From an uncultured Bacilli bacterium (GTDB taxonomy: Bacteria; Bacillota_I; Bacilli_A; RF39; UBA660): DNA of 64,000 nt. The notes under the pieces were generated by a model that worked only from the letters and a program-made list of their open reading frames with translations, was not told the DNA's origin and made no database searches. The stretch covers positions 89,076 to 153,075 of the forward strand of contig CAKOOK010000001.1 of assembly GCA_934098515.1 (NCBI GenBank). Direction: 5' to 3'. This document shows, piece after piece, positions 24,053 to 33,190 of this stretch. The position numbers and the translations under genes are program-made. Each line of letters starts with the position of its first letter. The stretch's first letter is position 1.

Positions 24053-25570
24053 TTACACATCTTCTAAGATTAGGTCTTTGCTTTCTTTCATTTCTTTGGG
24101 GATTGCTATATCCATATATTTAAGAATTGTTGGAGCAATGTTTGTTAGGTCACCTTTTTCCTTTAAGGTTATTTTTTTATCTAAAAGAATGAATGGAACT
24201 GGACTTGTTGTATGGGTTGTTACTATTTCGCCATTATCATCTATCATGATATCACAGTTTCCGTGGTCAGCAGTAATCATTACTGTGTAGAAGTTATCTT
24301 TAGCTGATTCTACGACTGTTTGCAAGATTTTGTCTAGTGCACTAAGGCTGGTTACTGTTGCATCCATATTACCAGTATGACCTAACATGTCTGGATTTGC
24401 ATAGTTTACTAGGATAAAGTCAAAGTCGTTTTCTAAGCATTTTTTTATTTGTTTAGTTACGTCGATTGCACTCATAAGTGGGGTTTCATCATAGGTTGCA
24501 ACGTTTGGACTTGGTATAAGATAGTTTGTACACATTGGAAATTTCTTGCTCTTTTCGGCATTAAAGAAGTATGTTACATGATTATATTTTTCAGTTTCTG
24601 CTACTCTTGCTTGAGAAAGTTTTAGATCTGAGAAATACTCACCTATTGGGTATAAGTTATCTGGATTAGCAAGGATGAAGAAGTGCTTGACGTTTACGAC
24701 ATCGTCTTGTTTGAACATCATGTATGATTTAAAGTTAGATAAATTTTTAGTTTTAAATTCTTTAAAGTCCGGATTATTTATGGCATTTAGAATTTGTCTT
24801 GCTCTATCTGGTCTAAAGTTAAGCCATAAAAGAGCATCATTATCGTTTATTGGATTTTTACCATTTACGAGCATTGGTGGTAGAAATTCGTCAGTTATAT
24901 TTTTTCTATATAGGTTATTTATGGCAGTTTCATAGTTTAGGATGTTAAAACCTACGCCATTTATTACTAAGTTATAATATTTTTCTGTCCTATCCCATTT
25001 GTTGTCTCTATCCATAGCATAGTATCTACCACAGATTGAACCGATGATGCCATTATTTTCTTTTAGAACTTCTTCCATTTGTTTTAGGTATTTAACGCTC
25101 GTTTTTCTTCCGGTGTCTCTTCCATCAGTTATGGCGTGGAATACTATTTTTTTTATACCTTTTTCTTTTAAAAGAGGGATAAGTTTTAGCATATAGGTTA
25201 TACTACTATGGACACCACCATCAGATAGTAAGCCCATTAAGTGTAGAGTTCCACCAGTTGTTTCTAAGTGAGATATCATATCATTAAAGTTTTCGTTGTT
25301 TAGAATTTCTCTATTTTCAATATTTTCGTTAATGATAGTTATTTTTTGTTTTATTTTTTTGCCTAGACCAATTACTTCATGGCAAACTTCAGAGTTACCG
25401 AATTGTCCTTTTGGAAGGCCTACTGCTTCGCCTGATGATTCTAGGGTGCTATGAGGATATTCTTCCCATAGTTTATTAAAGTACGTCATGTTTGCTTTTT
25501 TTACAGCATTTCCATGTTCGTCTTCTCTTAAGCCAAAGCCATCTAATATAATTAAAAGTATTTTTTTCAT
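24053..25570 (-). CDS. gpmI: 2,3-bisphosphoglycerate-independent phosphoglycerate mutase
   Basis: MKKILLIILDGFGLREDEHGNAV..., GNSEVCHEVIGLG and ITADHGNCD are hallmark iPGM motifs. The length (505 aa) fits. Confidence 0.9.
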   Translation of the reverse strand: MKKILLIILDGFGLREDEHGNAVKKANMTYFNKLWEEYPHSTLESSGEAVGLPKGQFGNSEVCHEVIGLGKKIKQKITIINENIENREILNNENFNDMISHLETTGGTLHLMGLLSDGGVHSSITYMLKLIPLLKEKGIKKIVFHAITDGRDTGRKTSVKYLKQMEEVLKENNGIIGSICGRYYAMDRDNKWDRTEKYYNLVINGVGFNILNYETAINNLYRKNITDEFLPPMLVNGKNPINDNDALLWLNFRPDRARQILNAINNPDFKEFKTKNLSNFKSYMMFKQDDVVNVKHFFILANPDNLYPIGEYFSDLKLSQARVAETEKYNHVTYFFNAEKSKKFPMCTNYLIPSPNVATYDETPLMSAIDVTKQIKKCLENDFDFILVNYANPDMLGHTGNMDATVTSLSALDKILQTVVESAKDNFYTVMITADHGNCDIMIDDNGEIVTTHTTSPVPFILLDKKITLKEKGDLTNIAPTILKYMDIAIPKEMKESKDLILEDV

Positions 25571-25626
25571 ATTGTCACCTTCTTTATTATTTTATCATAA
25601 TATTTTTTAAAAAAACATATATTTTT

Positions 25627-25653
25627 TTAGCACTCTCTATTGACAGGTGCTAA
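25627..25653 (+). promoter_or_regulatory. CIRCE (HrcA operator) inverted repeat
   Basis: TTAGCACTC-tctattgac-AGGTGCTAA versus consensus TTAGCACTC-N9-GAGTGCTAA (16/18 match). It overlaps the -35 of the clpB promoter. Confidence 0.75.
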
Positions 25654-25667
25654 TTATGGAGTATAAT
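25640..25667 (+). promoter_or_regulatory. Sigma-A promoter of clpB
   Basis: TTGACA-N16-TATAAT, about 30 nt upstream of RBS GGAGGGG and ATG 25699. Confidence 0.7.
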
Positions 25668-25698
25668 ATTAAATGTAAACTTGATTGGAGGGGTGAAT

Positions 25699-27816
25699 AT
25701 GAATAACAATGAGTTTGAAGAAGGACTTAAGAATCCTTTAGAAAAGTATGGACGTGATATATGTGCTCTTGCTAAAGACGGGAAAATAGATCCGGTTATT
25801 GGCAGAGATGATGAGGTCCGTTCTATTACAAGAATATTATCAAGAAAGACAAAGAATAACCCTGTTCTTATTGGTGAGCCAGGTGTTGGTAAGACAGCAA
25901 TTGTTGAAGGGCTTGCACAAAGAATTATTAAAGGAGATGTTCCTAGTAGTTTAAAGAATAAACGTATTTGGGAACTTGATATGTCTGCTCTTATTGCTGG
26001 TGCTAAGTATCGTGGTGAGTTTGAGGAAAGACTAAAAGCTGTATTAAAAGCTGTTAAGGATTCTGATGGCGAGATTATTATGTTTATCGATGAAATACAT
26101 ATGATAGTTGGTACTGGAGCTTTAGAAGGAGCGATGGATGCTGGTAATATTTTAAAGCCAATGCTTGCTAGGGGTGAATTACACTGCATAGGAGCTACTA
26201 CTTTAAATGAGTATCGTAAGTATATTGAGAAAGATGCTGCTTTAGAAAGACGTTTTCAAAAGGTACTTGTTAGTGAGCCATCTGTAATTGATACGATTAC
26301 AATACTTCGTGGTTTAAAGAATAGATTTGAAGTCTATCATGGAGTTACTATTAAGGATAAGGCTTTAGTTGCTGCTGCTACAATGAGTGATAGATATATT
26401 ACAGATAGATTCTTACCAGATAAAGCTATCGATTTAGTGGATGAGGCTTGTGCAACAATTAAAGTTCAGTTAGAGTCAGTCCCTACTTCACTTGATAATT
26501 TGACAAGAAGTATTTTAAGACTTCAGGTTGAAAAGGAAGCTTTGAAGAAAGAAAAAGATAAGTTTTCTAAGGAAAGAATTAATGAGATTGATGAAAAATT
26601 AAAAGATTTACAAGCTAAGGAAGCTAAACTTAGAAGTGACTGGGAAGATGAAAAACGAGTTAATAATTTAATAAATAAGAAGAAGGAAGAAATTGAGAAT
26701 GCTAGACGTGAGTTAGAGTATGCTGAGGCTAGGTATGACTTAGATACTGTTGCTAGATTACAACATGGTACTATTCCTAAACTTGAGAAGGAACTAGCTG
26801 ATTTAAGGTTAGAAGATAAGAATGCAATATTAAGTGATGTTGTTGATGATGAGTCTATTGCGAGAATTGTTTCTAAGTGGACAAATATTCCGGTAAGTAA
26901 ACTTGCTAGTAGTGAAAAAGATAAGTTATTACATTTAGAGGATAATTTAAAGAGACGTGTTAAGGGCCAAGATGAGGCACTCCATTTAGTTAGTGAAGCA
27001 ATTATAAGAGCTAGAGCAGGTATTAAAGATCCTAATAGACCAATTGGTTCATTTATCTTTTTAGGGCCTACTGGTGTTGGTAAGACTGAGGTTGCTAAAG
27101 CACTTGCTTATGAGTTATTTGATGATGAAAGACATATGGTTCGTATTGATATGAGTGAGTATATGGAAGCACATTCTGTTTCTAGATTAGTTGGAGCGCC
27201 TCCAGGATATGTAGGTTATGATGAAGGTGGTCAGCTTACTGAGGCAGTTAGACGTAATCCATATAGTATTATCTTATTTGATGAGATTGAGAAAGCTCAT
27301 AAAGATGTATTTAATATACTACTACAGATATTAGATGATGGTAGAATTACTGATTCACAAGGTAGAACTGTTGATTTTAAGAATACAATTATTATTATGA
27401 CTTCTAATTTAGGTAGTGAGTATATTTTAGATAATAAAGAGAATAAAAATGAACTTGTTATGGGTGAACTTAGAAAAACATTTAAACCTGAGTTTATTAA
27501 TCGTATAGATGAGGTTATTGTGTTTAATTCGTTATCTAAGAGTGTTGTTTATGATATTTTAGATAAGATTGTTAAGGAAACTGAGGCTAGATTAAGTGAT
27601 AAGAAGATAAGATTAATTCTTACTGATAAAGCTAAAGATTATATTATAGATAATTCTTATGATGAAAATTATGGTGCTAGACCTATTAAGAGATATGTTA
27701 GTCGTAATTTAGAGTCTATGCTAGCTAAAGCAATTATACTTGATGAGATTAAATATGATAGTGAGGTTATTATTGATGTTAAAGATAATGAACTCATAAT
27801 AAAAGAGGACAAATAG
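25699..27816 (+). CDS. clpB: ClpB disaggregase, natively lacking the N-terminal domain (705 aa)
   Basis: It starts directly at ..[34 protein letters not shown]. Two AAA+ modules ([30 protein letters not shown]) and a long coiled-coil middle domain. There is no ClpP-binding IGF loop. The upstream sequence is promoter, not coding. Confidence 0.9.
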   Translation: MNNNEFEEGLKNPLEKYGRDICALAKDGKIDPVIGRDDEVRSITRILSRKTKNNPVLIGEPGVGKTAIVEGLAQRIIKGDVPSSLKNKRIWELDMSALIAGAKYRGEFEERLKAVLKAVKDSDGEIIMFIDEIHMIVGTGALEGAMDAGNILKPMLARGELHCIGATTLNEYRKYIEKDAALERRFQKVLVSEPSVIDTITILRGLKNRFEVYHGVTIKDKALVAAATMSDRYITDRFLPDKAIDLVDEACATIKVQLESVPTSLDNLTRSILRLQVEKEALKKEKDKFSKERINEIDEKLKDLQAKEAKLRSDWEDEKRVNNLINKKKEEIENARRELEYAEARYDLDTVARLQHGTIPKLEKELADLRLEDKNAILSDVVDDESIARIVSKWTNIPVSKLASSEKDKLLHLEDNLKRRVKGQDEALHLVSEAIIRARAGIKDPNRPIGSFIFLGPTGVGKTEVAKALAYELFDDERHMVRIDMSEYMEAHSVSRLVGAPPGYVGYDEGGQLTEAVRRNPYSIILFDEIEKAHKDVFNILLQILDDGRITDSQGRTVDFKNTIIIMTSNLGSEYILDNKENKNELVMGELRKTFKPEFINRIDEVIVFNSLSKSVVYDILDKIVKETEARLSDKKIRLILTDKAKDYIIDNSYDENYGARPIKRYVSRNLESMLAKAIILDEIKYDSEVIIDVKDNELIIKEDK

Positions 27817-27830
27817 TAGTCCCCTTTTTT
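27805..27830 (+). terminator. Weak hairpin plus T-tract after clpB
   Basis: GAGGAC-N8-GTCCCC (5/6 pairs) followed by TTTTTT. Confidence 0.35.
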
Positions 27831-28341
27831 AGATCTTAGTACCTGTGTAGGCATTAAGATAGAATAAATAGCAGTTGTAACAGAATAATGGTTTTCTGTA
27901 TTCATAGAACTCGATGGCATCTGGATCATATGGCTTTTTGGTAAAGTCTTGAAAGTTCAGTCTAAAGTAATCTTTAAGATTTTCAATATCGCTGAATTTT
28001 CTGATACCTTTTTGGCCTTCCCATGATGCTTCGAACCAGTACATTTTGTCATCTACAGTGATTGTAGTAAAGGTGTGGCATGGAGAACCACCCTTTTTAT
28101 TTTTAATTACAGCCATTATGGTATGATTTTCAATTTTGTGTTTGTTAAAGAAGTGTCTTTCTAACTCACAGAGTTCCCAGCATATAGCATAACCACTTTC
28201 TTCTATTTTATTGTAGGGTTGCATTTTATATTCTTTTGCAAATATTTGTGGTTCTATTTTTGGATGAAGACGCCCTTCTTTGTCATGCCAACCATATTTT
28301 ATTTTTAATAATCGATTATAAAATTCTTCTATTTCTTTCAT
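27829..28341 (-). CDS. Hypothetical protein with possible papain/transglutaminase-like Cys-His motifs
   Basis: 170-aa ORF with GYAICWELCELE and SPCHTFTTI. The function is not recognised. Confidence 0.45.
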   Translation of the reverse strand: MKEIEEFYNRLLKIKYGWHDKEGRLHPKIEPQIFAKEYKMQPYNKIEESGYAICWELCELERHFFNKHKIENHTIMAVIKNKKGGSPCHTFTTITVDDKMYWFEASWEGQKGIRKFSDIENLKDYFRLNFQDFTKKPYDPDAIEFYEYRKPLFCYNCYLFYLNAYTGTKI

Positions 28342-28351
28342 GTTTCTCCTT

Positions 28352-28378
28352 ATAAAAAGAACATCAAAAAGATGTTCT
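28352..28378 (-). terminator. Rho-independent terminator after cdaR
   Basis: Minus strand AGAACAUC-UUUUU-GAUGUUCU followed by UUUUAUAAGGAG. One arm overlaps the TAG stop. Confidence 0.7.
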
Positions 28379-29741
28379 AACTATATATTTTGACTTTTAC
28401 AGTTGCTCTTTTTGGTACAAGTGTGATTCTTACATCGTCTGAACTAACTTTTACAGGTACGTCGTATGTTCCTGGGCCGTATCCGCTTAAGTCAATGTAA
28501 GCTTTAATCTTTGATGTGTCAACAGTGTCTAGTACACTTGATACACCTTTAGCAATTACTTCAATTGTTCTATCTTCTTCGCTTATTGCATTAACTGAGT
28601 AGCCTGTTCCAAGATTGATAGATTCAATAATAATATTACTAAATTCTTTACTTGATTCAGTATCTAGTTTAACCTCGACGGTAGTATTTGTTTCACTTAG
28701 ATATCTTACTCCGGCTGGTTTAGTTAATGTTACATTAAATTTCTTATCAGAGTTTAGTTTGTTAATATCAATTTTTGCTTCAATGTATGATAGTTTTTTA
28801 ATTTCTGCTTCGTCACCATATACTCCTACTTTGGTTACTGAACTTGTAACACTTGATAGAGCATAACCACTATTGATAGTTCCGGTTGTTACTACTTTAA
28901 CTGGTAATTCAACATAGTATGAGTCAACAGTTACTGATGCACTAATCTTTGCTGGAACGATTTCCACGTTATCAATTTTTTTACCATCAGAGCCATAAGC
29001 AACTAGGATAATTGAATCTACGGTAAATGTTCCTTTTTCAGATAGTTTAGCTGCTTCTAAGTCAATTAGGGCTTTTACTTTAGCAACTTTATCTAGGGTT
29101 TCTTTGCTGCCTTTTACGATTACTTCGTTTCTATCTAGTTCAACTGATTTAATGCTTAATTTCTTATCTAATTTATCTTCGTTTAATAAGTCATAGTCAA
29201 GCGTTTTAACATCGCTTACTTTTTCACTTATTTTTACAGTGACTGTTCCTGGGTCTAATTTATAATCTACTGATTCAACACTGTGATTATATTTTAGTTT
29301 TACTTTATATGTTCCTACTCCATAACCACTTAAGTCCATTACTACTTCGTGTTCACCAAGTTGTTTTGCTAGATATAAAGAACTTTTTCTACCAATAAGG
29401 GTAATGTCTACTGTTTCTGGAACACCATCAACAACATATGCTTCTTCATTATATATTACGTTTACTGGTTGATCTGATAGAATTTCTGCTTCGTCAGTTA
29501 CTAGGTTAATCGCTTTAGTATCTATTAATACAAATAAAGCAATTGCACTAAATAATGATATGTATAGTAAGACGTTCGGTCTATTAAGAAGACGCTCTAT
29601 TTTACCACTATTGTTTTTAGAAAGTTCACTTAGACGATAAATTAGTCTGCTTATTGGAGTAACTATTATTTTGTCTAAGAATCTATATATGGCTTTAAAG
29701 AAGAGTATAATTGGTTTAAATATTTTATTCATCTTCTTCAC
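28377..29741 (-). CDS. cdaR: YbbR-domain protein CdaR (regulator of CdaA)
   Basis: N-terminal TM segment then four YbbR-like repeats (..V.V......v...P..V.V.G). It overlaps the cdaA stop by 17 nt, the canonical cdaA-cdaR arrangement. Confidence 0.8.
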   Translation of the reverse strand: MKKMNKIFKPIILFFKAIYRFLDKIIVTPISRLIYRLSELSKNNSGKIERLLNRPNVLLYISLFSAIALFVLIDTKAINLVTDEAEILSDQPVNVIYNEEAYVVDGVPETVDITLIGRKSSLYLAKQLGEHEVVMDLSGYGVGTYKVKLKYNHSVESVDYKLDPGTVTVKISEKVSDVKTLDYDLLNEDKLDKKLSIKSVELDRNEVIVKGSKETLDKVAKVKALIDLEAAKLSEKGTFTVDSIILVAYGSDGKKIDNVEIVPAKISASVTVDSYYVELPVKVVTTGTINSGYALSSVTSSVTKVGVYGDEAEIKKLSYIEAKIDINKLNSDKKFNVTLTKPAGVRYLSETNTTVEVKLDTESSKEFSNIIIESINLGTGYSVNAISEEDRTIEVIAKGVSSVLDTVDTSKIKAYIDLSGYGPGTYDVPVKVSSDDVRITLVPKRATVKVKIYS

Positions 29742-30552
29742 CTTCTTCGTTTATGTCTGCATCATAGAAAACTTCCATTTTTGGTTTAAGTTCTTCTAGG
29801 AGCATTATTTTGAATTCTTCTAGGGTTAGATTGTAGTTAATGTTGCCATCAACGGCGATTGATATTGCTCCGGTTTCTTCTGATACGATAAGAGCAATAG
29901 CATCTGTTTCTTCTGCTACGCCTAAAGCTGCACGATGTCTTGTTCCCAATTTTTTACTAACGTTAGGGTTCATACTTGTTTTAAAGACTGCTCCAGCACA
30001 TGTGATGCGGTCTCCTTGAATAATTACGCCACCATCATGTAAAGGGTTTGGTGGGAAGAAAATTGCTTCAAGTAAAGGTGCTGTTATGTCTGAGTAGATT
30101 TTATTTGCTGGCTGAATGTATTCTTGTAAAGATACGTTTCTTTCAATAACAATAAGTGCTCCAATACGATTTCTTTTTAGATATTCTACTGCAGTAGTAA
30201 TTTCGAATACGGCTCTTTCTCTTTGATCTGCAGTTAGTACCTTATGTCTTCCTAGAAGCTGACTTCTACCGATAGTTTCAAGGACTGTTCTGATTTCTGG
30301 TTGGAAGATAATGATTAATGCTAGTGGTCCCCAAGAGATAACATACTCTAGAAGTAAACCAATAGTGTATAGATTTAGCCAATCACTTAATAGTTTGATT
30401 GCAATTATAATTATGATTCCTTTAAAAATTAGGACTAGTTTAACATTGTTTTTTAAATTTTTTAATAAGTAATAGAACATTAACCATACAAGACTAATGT
30501 CGATTATTTTGGTTATGATTTCCCATATTGATGTGAAAGTCATTTTCATCAC
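29725..30552 (-). CDS. cdaA: Diadenylate cyclase CdaA
   Basis: Three N-terminal TM helices and a DAC domain with LHDGGVIIQGDRI and GTRHRAALGVAEETDAIALIVSEETG. Confidence 0.9.
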   Translation of the reverse strand: MMKMTFTSIWEIITKIIDISLVWLMFYYLLKNLKNNVKLVLIFKGIIIIIAIKLLSDWLNLYTIGLLLEYVISWGPLALIIIFQPEIRTVLETIGRSQLLGRHKVLTADQRERAVFEITTAVEYLKRNRIGALIVIERNVSLQEYIQPANKIYSDITAPLLEAIFFPPNPLHDGGVIIQGDRITCAGAVFKTSMNPNVSKKLGTRHRAALGVAEETDAIALIVSEETGAISIAVDGNINYNLTLEEFKIMLLEELKPKMEVFYDADINEEGEEDE

Positions 30553-30611
30553 TCCTTAGCATTTTTATTATAACAAATTATGAGTTAAATATCTACGTTT
30601 AATTATGATTT

Positions 30612-30646
30612 AGTGAAAAAGGAAGACTTTAATTATTGTCTTCCTT
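30612..30646 (-). terminator. Rho-independent terminator straddling the stop of the 80-aa gene
   Basis: Minus strand AAGGAAGAC-N10-GUCUUCCUU (9 bp) followed by UUUUCAC. Confidence 0.7.
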
Positions 30647-30871
30647 TGGTTCTTCTTCCTCTTTAGTTTCTTCTATTTCTGGTATAAAGTTCTCATTTTG
30701 AGGGCTTTCTTGATTGATTTCTTCTTTGACATTTTCTTGGCGGTCACTTGACTCATTACTTTCACTTTTTTTACGTTTCTTGTCAGTGTCAACCATGTAA
30801 CCGATTAAAGCAAATAATAAGAAAGCAGCAATGATAATTATTAGAAAATAGTTTTTTGCAATAAACTCCAT
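30629..30871 (-). CDS. Small membrane protein with an acidic C-terminal tail
   Basis: 80 aa, one TM helix, Glu/Lys-rich tail, RBS AGGAGGAATAAAATG. Confidence 0.5.
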   Translation of the reverse strand: MEFIAKNYFLIIIIAAFLLFALIGYMVDTDKKRKKSESNESSDRQENVKEEINQESPQNENFIPEIEETKEEEEPKEDNN

Positions 30872-30898
30872 TTTATTCCTCCTTATATATTATACTCT

Positions 30899-31942
30899 TT
30901 ATTCGATTGTTAATGTCTGTCCTTTAGGTTGAATTTGAATGAATGTGTTTCCATCGTTAACAACTAGTTCTTCACCGTTTTGGTATTTGTAAACTGTTTG
31001 AGCTGCTCTACTTTTCTTTTCCCAAGTTATTGGTACAGCAATTCCTTCTGAAATGTAATAACCAGTTCCTGATCCAATATTTTCTAAACCTTGTCTACCT
31101 TTGTTTTCAGGGTCGTCTAGTGTATAATTTTTTACTTGATATGTGATTATGTTTTTAAATGTGTATTGTTTTTTTGTTACATAATCGGTATGTTCTTTAC
31201 CATTTACACTTCTTAAATATAGTTTTGTTTCTGGATCATATGTATATGAAGATGTTACTGCATTTGAATATTTGATTGATACATTATTTGCTGTAGTTTG
31301 TCCTTCATACTTGGTTAAATCTAGTGGGTCTGCACTATATTTTAATAATAGGTTGTTTTTGCGCTCTGTTCTTTTTGAGCCAATTCCTTTGTTTAGTTTT
31401 TCAATGCTAGTAAATAGGGTGTGCTCTGAAGCTACTTTTAAAGATTTATCTCTCCATCCAGTTTTTGAGTTATCTACTTCGATTCGGTCAATTCCTAGAG
31501 TACCAAAGTCAGATGATGCTTGTGGGCTTTTTCCATGATGAACATAGATTGCATCATTTTCTAGAGCATAGTCTAAATAGTAATGTCTTGCACTTCTAAT
31601 TGAACCGATTCTTTCGGTAGATTGGTCTAAAAATAATGCCATGTATCTTGTTAAGCCACCTTCTACTATCATTTCATACATTATGTAAGCATCTTGAAGT
31701 CCACTTTGAAGGGGTCTAGCAACTCCAATATTATTAATCATTACTGCATATGGTCTTGATTTAGTATCTGGATTTACTATTTTTATTTTTTTTACAGCTT
31801 CAGTTGTTTTTGACGAGTTTGGTTTACCAGAAGGAGATTTGTCTTTCTTTAATACACTCACGGCAATTATAGCAATTATTAAAATAATAATTGCTAAGAT
31901 TAAATACCCGTACTTTTTATTCTTTAATTTTATTTTTTTCAT
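30899..31942 (-). CDS. DUF3048 (YerB-like) secreted/membrane-anchored protein
   Basis: N-terminal anchor. RPYAVMINNIGVARPLQSGLQDAYIMYEMIVEGGLTRYMALF and SIRSARHYYLDYA match the YerB family pattern. Confidence 0.7.
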   Translation of the reverse strand: MKKIKLKNKKYGYLILAIIILIIAIIAVSVLKKDKSPSGKPNSSKTTEAVKKIKIVNPDTKSRPYAVMINNIGVARPLQSGLQDAYIMYEMIVEGGLTRYMALFLDQSTERIGSIRSARHYYLDYALENDAIYVHHGKSPQASSDFGTLGIDRIEVDNSKTGWRDKSLKVASEHTLFTSIEKLNKGIGSKRTERKNNLLLKYSADPLDLTKYEGQTTANNVSIKYSNAVTSSYTYDPETKLYLRSVNGKEHTDYVTKKQYTFKNIITYQVKNYTLDDPENKGRQGLENIGSGTGYYISEGIAVPITWEKKSRAAQTVYKYQNGEELVVNDGNTFIQIQPKGQTLTIE

Positions 31943-31986
31943 ATTTTACCACCTAAATTAATAATAACATAAAGTAAATATTTTTT

Positions 31987-32016
31987 AAACATTTAAATTG
32001 TATAAAATAAATGTTT
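31987..32016. promoter_or_regulatory. Perfect 9-bp inverted repeat in a divergent promoter region (candidate operator)
   Basis: AAACATTTA-N12-TAAATGTTT lies between the starts of 30899-31942 (-) and 32044-33162 (+). Confidence 0.25.
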
Positions 32017-32043
32017 TTGATATACTTATAGTGAGGTGAAAAC

Positions 32044-33162
32044 ATGGATAATATTAAAAAGATGCTTGATAATCCAATAGCAAGGAATGCGATGATAGGT
32101 CTTGGAATATTTTTTATTGTAGTTATAATTATTGTATTTATTGCTTCTTGTTCTGGTGGTGCTAAGTATACTTATGAGGAATTAGAAGCTAAAATGGTAT
32201 CGAGTGCTAAGAAATATTATGAGGCAAATGGTACTAATTTACCTAGTAAGGATAAGGATAAAGTTGAGTTATCGCTGCAAACATTAATTGATGGTGGTTA
32301 TGTTAAAGAGACTACTAAAATTACTAAAGATAAAGTAAGTTGTACTGGAAAGGTTGTAGTAGTAAATAATAATAGTAATTATTTATATTCTCCTTATTTA
32401 GATTGTGGTAGTAATTATAAGACTAAGTATTTATTAGATGTTATTAAAGATGAAGATAATATTGTTACTAGTGGTAATGGCTTATATAAAAATGGTACAG
32501 GTTATATTTATAAGGGAGATAATGTTAATAATATTTTAATATTAAATGAAGTTAAGTATATGATTATGAGTATTGATGATAATGGAATAAGAGTTGTTGA
32601 TACTACAAAGAGAGGGTCTGCTTCTTGGGATGATAGATATAATGTTGATAAGCAAGGCTCTATGGGAATTAATGATTATATTTCTAATAATATTAATAGT
32701 AGAATTAAAGATACACTTGAAGAATTATATAATAATGGTGAAGTTTACCCTAAAGATATAAAGGGATATTTTACAACTAGTAGTGTATGCATTGATAAAG
32801 TTTCAATAGACGATGTTAAAAATAATGATGGTTGTGGTAAAAGATTAGATGGACAAGTTTTTAGTCTTCTTACTGCTAATGATTTCTTTAAGCCAAGTTT
32901 AGATGAGAATTGTGCTAGCGATAGTAAAGCTTGTACAAATTATAATTATTTATCTTCTTTAGGTAACACTTGGACAATTACAGCTGACAAGGATACAAGT
33001 TATAAAGTTTATAAGATTACAAGTGGTAATTTGGAACTTAAGAATGCTTCTGGTATGGCTTCATATAAAATAGTTGCTTATTTAGACAAGAATGTGTTAT
33101 ATGCTTCTGGTGATGGTAGTGAAGCAAATCCTTACGTAGTGAAAACTTATTTAGAAAAGTAA
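32044..33162 (+). CDS. Membrane-anchored or lipoprotein-like surface protein, function unknown
   Basis: Hydrophobic N-terminus ending FIASC (lipobox-like). Pilin-like segment VELSLQTLIDGGYVKE..VSCTGKVVV..YLDCG. Six further Cys. Confidence 0.55.
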   Translation: MDNIKKMLDNPIARNAMIGLGIFFIVVIIIVFIASCSGGAKYTYEELEAKMVSSAKKYYEANGTNLPSKDKDKVELSLQTLIDGGYVKETTKITKDKVSCTGKVVVVNNNSNYLYSPYLDCGSNYKTKYLLDVIKDEDNIVTSGNGLYKNGTGYIYKGDNVNNILILNEVKYMIMSIDDNGIRVVDTTKRGSASWDDRYNVDKQGSMGINDYISNNINSRIKDTLEELYNNGEVYPKDIKGYFTTSSVCIDKVSIDDVKNNDGCGKRLDGQVFSLLTANDFFKPSLDENCASDSKACTNYNYLSSLGNTWTITADKDTSYKVYKITSGNLELKNASGMASYKIVAYLDKNVLYASGDGSEANPYVVKTYLEK

Positions 33163-33190
33163 AAAAGAACCTTTGTGGTTCTTTTAATTT
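33161..33190. terminator. Bidirectional rho-independent terminator between convergent genes
   Basis: AAGAACC-TTTGT-GGTTCTT is flanked by an A-run on one side and a T-run on the other. Confidence 0.7.

Noticed and set aside
25650-26189. 179-aa ORF antisense to the 5' part of clpB
   Set aside because: It lies fully inside and opposite a gene with unambiguous ClpB motifs. Its translation is low-complexity (Ser/Pro/Ile-rich) with no RBS or recognisable motif. It is a typical shadow ORF.
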